From Ruditapes philippinarum (taxonomy: Eukaryota), in assembly GCF_026571515.1 (NCBI RefSeq), contig NW_026860920.1, positions 62,001 through 126,000 on the forward strand: a stretch of DNA of 64,000 nt, written 5' to 3'. Every line of letters begins with the position of its first letter. Within the stretch, counting starts at the first letter, position 1. Of this stretch, positions 43,018-54,700 are shown one piece after another. A program made the translations under genes and the position numbers. The notes under the pieces were generated by a model. The model searched no databases. It saw only the letters and a program-made list of their open reading frames with translations, and was not told the DNA's origin.

Positions 43018-44495
43018 TAAAGTTTCTTATTCTTTAATATTTTTTTATGTATCTCATAATCTGTATTGAAAATTTGAATTTTATTACACTTGGACTATCA
43101 AATTATGATGTATGCCCTAGAATTGAATAAACTTTCTAATTACACAATACGGGGTCATACTGATCTTTGCGTCTTTCTCTGAAATAATTATTTCCTTGTT
43201 AAAACATATTTGACCACATATTTCTGTCAATTAACTGTTCACTTTACTTCCGATTTTTGTTGTACGGAAACACATGTTTCTATTTGTGTTTTCTAATCAA
43301 TTCGAATCTATAATCAGTTTAATGGGATCACCACCGGGTAAACGACTACTAGGTACTTTGGTCATGTTTTTTACCCAAATATTTGAATGTTTCAAATGGA
43401 TTAAAATGAGCATAGTTAACTAAACAACTGGTTGTATAAATCCCTGACCTGTCTAATTCTAATTATGAGATTAGTGAATATATATGACTTTCACTACAAA
43501 ATATTCCTAAACAAAAGAGCACATGTTTAAATTTATTCCTATACAAATAAATGATCAGAGTAGGGATCTGTCAATTGCCAAAGATACTTTTATGTTAAAA
43601 GTTTGATTAATGAATTATGTAAGATGAAAATATAAGTATTGCTTTTTTTTATTTTGCTAATGTAAAATGTAATATTGTGCTGGAATTTTGTCGGAGGGTC
43701 CTTAGGGGTTTTGTAGTTAAATAGTTTTTTTTCGGCGATAATGGTTTCAAGAATATAATGTTTTTCAAACTATATGTTCATCACCCATCAGTGAATTTTT
43801 TAGTTAAATGTATGCAAAATATTTACTAACAGCTATATGATATAGCGGTTTATGAGCGTTCTCCGCGTACAGCCTATGGGGTGTACTAATAAGTTAGTTT
43901 TCCCTTAGTTATCACGCAAGCATGATCCATGTCTCTGATGTAAGCGACAGTTTACAATTATTTGTCTTTAAAAATATTAAGGACTATTAATGGTTTATAA
44001 CAACAAAAGAACATGCATGATATTGAGAATACGGTGTTTGCAACGTTCTAGTTAATGACCCGTCATAAACAGTTGGTCGCTGCGTAGTAATTGGAAAATT
44101 GTTATCAAAAATAATAAAGAATATTTGCCACTAGATTAAAGCATTTACTTATAAATTTTCATTTATGCTTTTTGTTAAAAGAATATTGATAAAGTTATTA
44201 TTTTGAAGGGTTTTCATACCAGAACTATTTATTACAGACATACGTATGCCTAAACATGATTACCGCGGCAGTATGACGTCACGGAGTAGTGATTTAAACA
44301 AAAATCAAGAATTTTTCAGAGAATTATTATCTTTACAAATTGCAGATATGAAATAAAAGAATGAAAATATTTTCATATTGTAAATGTCTGTGATGAGTCA
44401 GCTTAGAAAAAATCAAGGTACTATTTTTTGACCTGATTACCGCGGCAGTAAGATTTGACGGATGGTTATTAACATTGGGTCGGCATAGCCTCCCC
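41495..44495. mobile_element. 3.0-kb TIR element in copy D intron 8 (superfamily unresolved)
   Basis: Perfect 12-bp TIRs GGGGAGGCTATG and CATAGCCTCCCC. Subterminal direct repeat TGATTACCGCGGCAGTA (about 44257 and 44434). Absent from the homologous intron of A, B and C. Confidence 0.72.
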
Positions 44496-45539
44496 AATAA
44501 CATAAATATTGTTGAACATTCGTTAATGAAAAAAGTGACTTGGGAAAATGCAATGTTAATTTGTACACATACAATATACATACACGACAATATACATACA
44601 CGAGGTAAATATTTATATAAATCAAAATGGACATAGTCCATTTACAAATGATGCATGAATATAACTATATTGCAGACTGACCTTCAAAAACAAATAACAT
44701 TGATCGAGATTTATACGATCACACAAAAGAATTCCGATTTGCCATACATTTATGCATATGATATAACAATAATTAAAAATTTATGCAAACATTTTCCAAC
44801 ATCAACTGCTGGCCAATCATCATTGTAACAGTCAATCTTTTGACAAATATAGTCAATTCAGTCAACTTGACAATGAAAATATGAGCATAATGTCACTTAA
44901 ATAAAAATAAAATAAAACGATTAAATCGACTAAACATTGAACTTTACATATTTGAATATATCAATAAAAATTACTTAATACAGTCAAATTATACGAGTAT
45001 GTGATATAATAAGCACGTATGACATTAATTAAAATGTGTTAGATTTTAAAGTTTGCAATTCATCTCATATGGAAGGTTGAAACTCTGGTTTATGAACCTC
45101 CTCCAGTAAATATACAATTTTAATTGTTGATTAATTGATAAAAACAATTAAGAATAAAAAATACTGGAAGACTGAACAAACTTACTATACTCTGAATGAA
45201 ACAGCTATTTTATTATTATATCTACTAAGTTTTAATTAAGCGTAAGTAAAATTCTAAATAAAACAACATAATATTAAACCCAGCAACTTTAGCTTGATAA
45301 TTAGCGAAATGTGACGTCTCTTATTTGTCTTTTCATTATCATTTTATAATTGAAATGACAACAAACTTGTTTGTGTTTATCTATATATAACTTTCTGTCG
45401 CTTTATTGCCGAGATATTAAGAACCCCAGCCAACAGTTGTCGTGATCAATTGATACGCATCAATACGACAGATAGGTCGTAAAAACCCCTCAAGATATCG
45501 CTCAGACCGATATTGTTTCTTTAAGATACATATTAATGT

Positions 45540-46200
45540 CAAACTCCATGTGGCATGATAATAGTCCAGTAAAATATACAGAATTATGCCACAATCCATG
45601 TGACATGATATCAGTAAATAGACCCGTAATTAAATATAAAAAAATGCCAAAATCCATGTGACATGATACCAATGCTGGACCAGTAAAACATAAAGAATAA
45701 TGCCACAATTAATGTGACATGATATCAGTAATATAGCAGATATATATACAGAATTATTCAAAAATTCATGTGACAAGATATAAATAATGGACTAGTAGAA
45801 TACACAGATTTATGCCAAAATCCATGTGACTTTATGTCAATAATGCACCAGTGAAATATACAGAATTATGCCACAATCCAAGTGACATGGTATCAATAAT
45901 GTTCCAGTAAAAGATGCATAATTATGTCACGATTTATGTGACATGATATCAACAATGGTTCAGTAAAATATACAGAATTATGGCTCAATCCATGTAACAC
46001 GAAATCAATAATGGATCAGTAAAATGTACAAAATTATTGCCACAATCCATGTGACATGATACCAGTGCTGGACCAGTAAAATATAGAGAATTATGCCACA
46101 ATCCATAGAACATGATATCAATAATGGACAAGTAAAATTATAGATTAATGCCAAAATCCACGTGACATAATATCAATTATCGACGACTAAAATATACAGG
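45540..46200. repeat. 56-bp VNTR, about 12 units (copy D intron 8)
   Basis: TCCATGTGACATGATATCAATAATGGACCAGTAAAATATACAGAATTATGCCACAA at 56-nt period. Confidence 0.92.
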
Positions 46201-46499
46201 TAAGTGCAAAAAAGATATGCTATTAAATATAAATAACGATCAATTAAATTGTTCGCAATTTAAATTAGAAACAAAATTGTAATACCGTCAAGGGAATCAT
46301 AGGTTATCCTGATTTCAGTATCTGTTCTATTGTGAAGTTGTTCTTAGATATTCCTAAAAATAAATTATAAAAAGATTTTGTGATGTGGTCTTGCAAATAC
46401 GACTGTGTTTAATATTATTCATCTTTTTTATTATAAAACTAATAATTATTATTTTGTAACAATTTACAATTTATGTGAGAAATATTTCTGTAATTCATT

Positions 46500-46650
46500 T
46501 TTAGTGGTTAACGCGTCGGACTAGCAATCTAAGGGTTGCTGACTGCGAGGTTCCAACCTTGTCAGTGACAACCCGTTGTTTCCTTGAACAAGAAACTTTA
46601 CATTCATTGCTAAGTACTGGTTGGTTCCAGGAACGGACTCGAGAGTGTTT
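46500..46650 (+). mobile_element. tRNA-derived SINE remnant with CORE-like body
   Basis: A-box-like TAGTGGTTAACGCG, degenerate B-box GGTTCCAACC, then TCCTTGAACAAGAAACTTTAC..TAAGTACTGGTTGGTTCCAGGAACGG. Confidence 0.55.
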
Positions 46651-46676
46651 TAATTCTCAATTAACTCTCTTAAGTA

Positions 46677-46815
46677 GGGGCGTCCGTGGCCGAGTGGTAA
46701 AGGTCATTGACTTCAAACCAGTCGCCTCTCATCGCTGTAGGTCCAAACTGCGAAAGCGTTGCATGATTCTACATGTGAGAACGCTACCCAGCTTGCTAAT
46801 GTGTCGAAGTTTCAT
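46677..46815 (+). mobile_element. Second tRNA-derived SINE remnant
   Basis: Head GGGGCGTCCGTGGCCGAGTGGTAAAGG (A-box TGGCCGAGTGG) followed by GCCTCTCATCGCTG and a degenerate B-box. Confidence 0.55.
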
Positions 46816-48737
46816 CTACTAGTGTTGGTAATGCTATGATACAGTATTTACAAGTAAATGATAAAATTCGAATATCATCTTTATGATACTTTCATTTCGT
46901 TTCGCTAAGAATCTTAGGCCAGATGATAAAACCGAATACCATTTATAAATAAAGCCTCTAATTTTAACTTTAGCGATATACTTTATTGTATATATTATCT
47001 CTTTGTTTAAACATTATTTACTTCATCTCTATACCACATTTATAACTCTAACATACATTTTATACATGTATATATAAAAACACTGGTACTTGTACAAAAC
47101 TGGTATCAGGATATATATCTGTTGTTACTTACAACTAAGACTCACTAGATTTCTCACTGTTTCTTTTTTTTCTTACTTTTTCTTAGGGTTGTACTGTATT
47201 TGTCATTTGTATAACATGTATCTCTACATTCTTGGAGGAACTAAAGAAATCTTATCTTATATTATCTTACCTATATCCATGTTTATGAAAAGGCTCAATC
47301 AAACCGAGACTGCAAATATTTCAATTGTACCGTTTAAAGCGTTCTTTAGGCATTCTGTTCTGTTGTTCTCTATTTTACAAAGTATAGATGTGTGGTATGT
47401 AATATTTAATCAAGCTACCGCTTAGTTTGGGATGTTATCAAAATGACGGATCGTAAGACGGACGCATGTTTCATTTCCAGAAAACGTGTAAAAAGATAAG
47501 GAAAGGAACGAGCAAAAAAAGAAACATATTTCATATTCTCTTTGAGGGATGAAGTATTAAACATTTCTGTAAGCGAATATCTAAACAGTGATGAATATTT
47601 TCAGCACACAGACAACACAACCTTAAATCGCACACAACGTCTCAGGAAATGCCGGAAGCTTTACATGCATGCCTATTAAAAAAAGAAAAACTTAGTGGTT
47701 TGCGGCTTTGTTGTATGCATCTTTTGTTATACCTATGCAATTAGATTTAATGCATAACATTTGTTAATTCATGGTATACAGTTAATGGATTTCAATATCT
47801 TTATTAACCAACTTACAGCTTTTTAAGGACATTTTGACTTTTCATTCATGGATTAACTTCTTAAAGTAAAAAAGCACAAGTTATGAATATCAAGTACAAA
47901 TTTAAAGCATTATTTTGTCACTAAATTAATGAACGTGATTTTAATAAGTTATCCAATGGTTTATGCTTACAATATACACTATCTTCAAACAATAGCAAAG
48001 TATGATGCAACAAATAATTTTCTCAATCACTATTGAATACAATTATACTTCTAACATTTTCCAAATTACATGTAGTTATTGTTGAACACAAAATAAAAAG
48101 TGGGGATGAAGTGTTTCAATCAAATTTCTTAAAATGAGGGTGAACTATCTAAGTGGTTAAGTGTCTGCAAAAAAATGGCCTAGGGTGAACTGTCTGAGGG
48201 GTGAACAGCCTGTAAATCGTTCGAATTCGTGATGATTTCCTTCTCCATATTGGCTTTCCGGCGTTTAAAAATAGAAACAGAATCAAAATTATGAAAGCTC
48301 GCCGGTAATTGGCTGTTTGAAAGATCTCGAGAATTGACTCCGTATTTGGTGATGGTCAGATCTAAATAAATAACGTTATTTACAGCTGATTTAAATCAGA
48401 TTGGGTGCATATATGACCATTTAAACTGGAGATACGAAAAATTACTCTTTAATAAAGCCTGGTTATATCAAATTGATAAGGTAACAGATGACAACACATT
48501 TGATTTTCACTGTCATATCTACACAAATACAAGTAAACTCCATATGGTCGAACTCGGATTGCTCGAATAACTTCATTTGCGCGGAGTAGTCTCCTGCAAA
48601 ATCATATCCTTTTATAATGTTCATGGTGTGTACGAATAAATTTCAAAATTATAGACAATTTAAGATTGTGTCCAAAATTTATATCTAGAGCATATATGGT
48701 GAAGTAGTCCAAACAGCCAAGGTAGATCTTTCAAATT

Positions 48738-51700
48738 TTATTGGTTGTTATTTAGACCTGCGTAAGTGTGAGATGTCCCTCCTTCTCCACGTGTAAGACT
48801 CTCATACTGTGATTGGCTGAAATCAGTGATATGAATAAATAATTTAAAAACGCCAGGGTTCTAACATAAGACGCGAAATGTTATAAATGTTTTAATTATT
48901 AAAGAAATTAAGATAAAAATAATTTCGTGACAAATATGTTATTTGTATGTAAATTCCTTATTCTAATTATTTACTAAAACATTATTGACAACAGTGTTTA
49001 CTATAGTTTGAAATTCATGATTTAGTTCATTACCTGTCTTGTACTGCGCTTGAATTCGCTGAAGCTGAAGCAGAATACAAAATAACATAAATATGGGACA
49101 CTTGTTTATTAAATATGTGACAAGGGAAAATGCAATGCTAATTTGTATACATTAAAAATATTGGATTTCACATGGTTTATGTTGAAATAAATCAAATTAC
49201 CTTTAATGAATTTAGAAATGATGCATGCATATAACTACGAGGTATGTTCAAAAAGTTCGTGAATTTTTGCTGTCATTTAATTAATTTAATTAAAATAATA
49301 TTTTATTTCATTTATCAGGATATATGCGTATTTACAATTAATAATTTTTATTTGTATTACGTGTATTTACCCTGGTCTGTTTTATAATTAATGCTAGCCG
49401 GTGTTCAGTAGATTTACCGTATAAAATAATTGTCAGTTGATAAAATATTTTTCTTTATCATTGATAATTATATTATTAAAAGATCGGACGAGGGCGGTTT
49501 CAAATTGATACTATAAATCAACAATTGAATTAACTTAATAACACTGTCTGTTAAGTGTCGAAATTACTCAAAAATATCGATAAAGAGCGGAAAGTATGCG
49601 GCACTCGGACCTTAATACGGAGAAAGGAGCAAAAAGGTTACCACTTTATATCTCGGGTCATCATCACAAACAGAAAAATGGTTTTGGTATATGATCCGCA
49701 GATATTAAACACTGAAAAGAGTACATTCAGAAACAATGACGCTGGTAAAATGTTTCATTTATATTGCGACGTCACGAACGTCATTTTGTTTCATCATCAG
49801 CGTGCGCCGGATTTAGCACCCTTTGTGAATTGTAACTGTCACAGAATTATTATTTGTAAACATATTGTATTGATTTTTTCACTGTTTATTAAGGACATAT
49901 TTTCATATATGTCTCTTGTAAAATCATATACGCAAATTAAAAGATGTGAACAGTAGAACCGGAGTCCACGAACTTTTTGAACAGCCCTCGTATATTGCTA
50001 GATGACTTTCAGGAACAAATAACAATGACCAAGTTTAATATTCCAGAATTTTACCGATATGATAACAATAAATAATAGCAAAGAATTCCCCAGGCGCTTT
50101 TAGCGCATCGGCGCCGATGCGCTAAAATTTCAGAACAAGAAATCCCGATGCGCTTAAAATTATCATAGCGCTTTAAAAAATGACCGATATCCCTTTCTTC
50201 TGTGTCTATAAGTAACCCCAATTAGCCAAATAAACAAGCCAATATACATGTCCTGTGTAGATAATTACCCGAGGCGTATACACAACCCGATACACTGATT
50301 GCCTTTATACTGTGTGACGTCACATACACCTGTCATCGATGTCTGCAGACGACTGTTCGTGCACTTTTATGTGTTGTCAATTACCGTGTATTGAGATGGG
50401 TGCAATTTAACCGCGGCATGTGTGATATTTACATGTTTCAGGTAGGTGTAATAACTTTTATTGCTTTGATAATATAATTGGCATTAATTGACATGCGATA
50501 TAACAGTTTGATATTTAGGGGTGAATGGGTTAATTGTCTTGATAGAAGCGTAATGTTCAATTTCATCTTTCACTTTCTTATGATCGTTACGTCTAAACAG
50601 TAGTATACTGTAGTATTAAGATTTCAAAAAATAATATGTCTAACAATAAGGGAAGCCTAGTTCACTATCAATTTTAAGAGGTTTTTTTGTGAGCAATGTC
50701 GTTGAAACTGTCTCAGGATCATTTTGCTTTTTTTTTTCTTTTTTTACTCTTGGATTAAACTGCATAGATATTCAGAAATAAATTTGGTTGATGGCTACGT
50801 TAACATTGAAAACATTTACGACTGTTCATTATCAACTTGCAAATGAGTGAAAACAACAACAAAAACTTTACATCAACAATCCCACTTAGTGACAGCCAAT
50901 TGGTCATTTTCTTTTTTAATTAAACATATCTTGTAATCTGTGTCTGTTCAGTGAATCCCCAAAATGAAAAAAATATTAACTTTGCAGGCCCTCTTTAATC
51001 GAGCTTTGTGAAGTGCAATCTACTGTCCTACCCCTTAGCATTGGTTTGTCAGAACATACAGGAGCTGGCCAGGCACTTTGGTGTAGATATGGAGCAGTGC
51101 CGCAGCCATTGGCACCAGGTACGTGCCAGTCTAGAGGGGACTGATCAGTCAGCCGACCAGACCATGACCTGGATTACTGGCAATCTTTCTACCAGTCATC
51201 CAGTTCTTTACAGAATTGCTGCTGTGAGTCTCCTCCTCCCAACCTCTACTGCAGGTAAGCATTATTAAATTCATTCATTCTTGAACATTAATGAAATTCC
51301 AATGACAGTTGCAGATGTGTAACACTTTGCTAGAAGTTTTCAACATTTCAAATATAATTTTTTTTTACTTAGTTAAGTTTAAATAGGCTTGAAGTTTTAA
51401 ATTTTCAAATATTCACATCAAAACAACAATATAAATAAAAGACATGAGGTTAACATAAATGATTACTTTCATTTATTCATTTCAGATTTTGAGCGAGGAT
51501 TCAGCTGCCTGAAGAGAGAGTTAAGACTGAAAATAGGAATTGTTCTCTGTTAAAGTTCTGAACTATCTTCTTGCCGTCTCCCTTTAAGGACCCCCATTAG
51601 AATCTTTCAACTTTGAGAAGGCAGTCAAGGCATGGAAGGACAACAAACCTAGAAGACAGGCCCACTTTTAATGATGTTAATGAAGAAAAAACAACTGAAA

Positions 51701-54700
51701 TATACTCATTTAAATGGGACACACACATACATATAAATGTTGATCACATGTTGTGAACTTGTGTTTATATATAATTGTTTATTTATTTGAATTGTTGGAA
51801 ATGGAAAAAGTAAATAATAAAAATTAAGAAAATGTTTATCAAGTGAAAAGCTTTCATTATTTGTTTTAAAACAGCCCACAGCAGTATCTTGACACCTTAA
51901 ATGGCAAAAATTTTCGACACGCGGTATGGGGTCAAGACCCCCTCCCGCACCCACCCCCGTCTTATTAAAAAATGTAGCGCTTAAAAAAAATCCTGGGGAA
52001 TTCCCTGTAATAGTTTATGCAAAAGTATTCCAATATCAACTGTTGACCCATTATCATTATGACAGTCAATTGATTGAAATATATAGGCAATTAAGCTAAT
52101 GTTGACAATGAAAATATGAAAAAATGTCACTTTAGATAAATTGTTCACGTTTAAATTGATTAAACATTCAACTATACACATTGGAATACATATTAAGTAT
52201 CATTTGTCTAAATAAAGTCATAATATACAAGTATGTGATATTATAAACAGGCATGACATTTATTAAATGTGTTAAATATTAAAGTTTGCAATTCATCTCA
52301 TATGGAAGGTTGAAGACTGGTTTATGAACCTTCTCAAGTAAATAAACAATTTTAATTTTTTGTTTAGGAAATAGATATCAATTCTGAGTGCATTGTTGTA
52401 GAATAATGCACGGTTTGAGTTCAAATGCGTAGTAATATTATCACGAAGGCCGATAGGCCTGAGTGATTAATTACAAAGCATTTGAACGAAAAACGTGCAT
52501 TATTATACAATAATGCACGAAGAATTAATATCTATTTCCATTGTAACACGTCAAGAAAAAATATAATTATTATTATAAAGTTGGACTTTATGTTTGGCGG
52601 TTAAATTTGTTTTCGCCTCAGAGTTGCCAATAGAAACATTCTTTAAAGGCCGTTCCAGTGGGTTGAAAAAAACTGTCGTTAAATCTACCGTGTGTAGAAA
52701 CATTTTGGGAATAACGAATTTTGAAAACGTTGATAAAACTTTATTTGTTTTTTTTTATTTCAGTCTATAATTTTCCAAGCGAAATACAAATTATTAAAAG
52801 TGAAATAAATGTAAAACTTAACTCGTCTGCGACGTTAAAATAGCGTACTTGATTTTGATTGTTTTGCACGTGCTGTTTGGCGCTACATTGTGACGTCACG
52901 TAAACAACACTTTAAACGTCTGTACAGCGTTAACGACTGAATTAAAGATATTGGTGTTCGGATTTATTTTCTTAGTTAGACCATTTTCTTTCATTCTAGA
53001 TAGTTTTCACAACAAAATTCGACAAAAAATTGTTTTTATTTACCAGATTTTTCAAACAAAATGGCGCCCTCAATTTGAAAATATACAGGGAGATAATAAG
53101 AATGGCGAGTGCATTGTTGCAGAATAATGCACGCTTCGGGCCTTCTTTGTTTAAATAGAAAAAATTCCGATAGTGTTAGAATGATTAATCGATAAAAAAT
53201 AATAAAGAATAAAAGAATTCTGGAAGACTGAACAGACTTACTATACTTAGAATGAAACAGCTATTTTATTATTATATCTACTAAGCAACCCTGGTCAGAA
53301 GTAGTATCTGTAGAAAATCAAGATAACTCTATAGATTTGTTCACTGATAAATGTTTGTCTGTCCTTGAAAAACATGCAGCAACCAGGGAAAAAACGAGTA
53401 AAGAAGGTCACCCAACCAAATTGGATCAATAAAAACATCATCGATGCTATTAAAACAAAACACCAGTTTCATAGAGTTAATGACACATATAATTACAACA
53501 TATGGAAACAACACGTTAAGTCGCTCATATATGATTCTAAGCGACAATATTATAATGATACTATCAATCAAAACAAACACAACCCAAAGAAATTATGGAC
53601 TGGTAATGAATAATATGGTTACAAATCCAAGGTTCAAACACATTTTATTGATGATGATGATGGCAACCCTGTTACTGACCCTTTTATCACTGCAAATTTA
53701 TTCAACAGACAATTTGCGAATCTCCACCAATCCCATCAGATCATTAATCAGACTGGTTATGAAAATCCTGAGCTTGTTGAACTAAATGCATCTAAACTTT
53801 AGCATATACCCCCTTTCAAAATACCTAAAATAGTGCTCACTTATTTGTTGAACCAATTAAAATCGATTGATATTACAAAGTCTTGTGGGTCAGATGGTAT
53901 CAGTGCAAGGTTTCTAAAGTTATCGACCCACATTATTGCTCCTATATTTACCACTATATTCAGTAATAGCATTCTAAACACTACAATTCCTAAATCATTC
54001 AAAAATGCCAAAGTCATTCTTATACATAAAAAAGGTTCTAAAAATGATAAAAGAAATTATAGGCCAATTTCCATACTTCCCTTGATATCACTTATTCTTG
54101 AACGTCATGTCATATTTAAAGCAATACCTTGAGAAATATCAACTTCTTTACCAACGTCAGTCTGGACTCAGGTCAAATCATTCATGTCAAACTGTATTGA
54201 TTAGAATTATTGATGATTGGCTATTGACAAAAATGAAATAGTTGGTTCAATTGTCCTTGATCTCTCTAAAGCTTTTGACTATGTGGATCACTCTATTATT
54301 ATTGAAAAGCTTTTAATGTATAACCTAGATTTGGTTTTCCTCCTATATAGATTGCAAAACTCAACAAACTACATATCCGGTTTATATTCAGAGTCAAGTT
54401 CAGTAACTACTGGTGTTCCTCAGGGCTCAGTGCTAGGTCCTATACTGTTTTTAATCTATACCAATGACCTGCCTTTGTCTATGGAACAAACAGAAACTGA
54501 TAATTTTGCTGATGACACCGCCCTTTCAACCTCTGATGTATCGCTTAACAGAGTAGTTGAATCTCTTACTCATGATCTTTTAAATGCCAACCAATGAGGT
54601 GATTTGAATCGCATGTCTATCAATGTTAACAAAACTAAGGTTATGTTTATTTCCTCAAAACACAAGCAAAATTATATTCATGAAAGTAATGATCCTTGTA

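Larger units (their letters stand above)
41165..46353 (-). pseudogene. Copy D: orphan cytoplasmic-tail fragment (exons 8-10 only)
   Basis: 46286-46353 matches exon 8 with Tyr TAC changed to TAA. 41425-41454 matches exon 9 with a 1-nt deletion. From 41235 leftwards is exon 10 (QSQYESLEARASHKYADL). No TM or Ig exon lies between it and the 3' end of copy C. Confidence 0.8.

Noticed and set aside
45540-46200. Regularly spaced repeats resembling a CRISPR array
   Set aside because: Whole 56-bp units repeat with no unique spacers, there are no cas genes, and the context is a eukaryotic intron.
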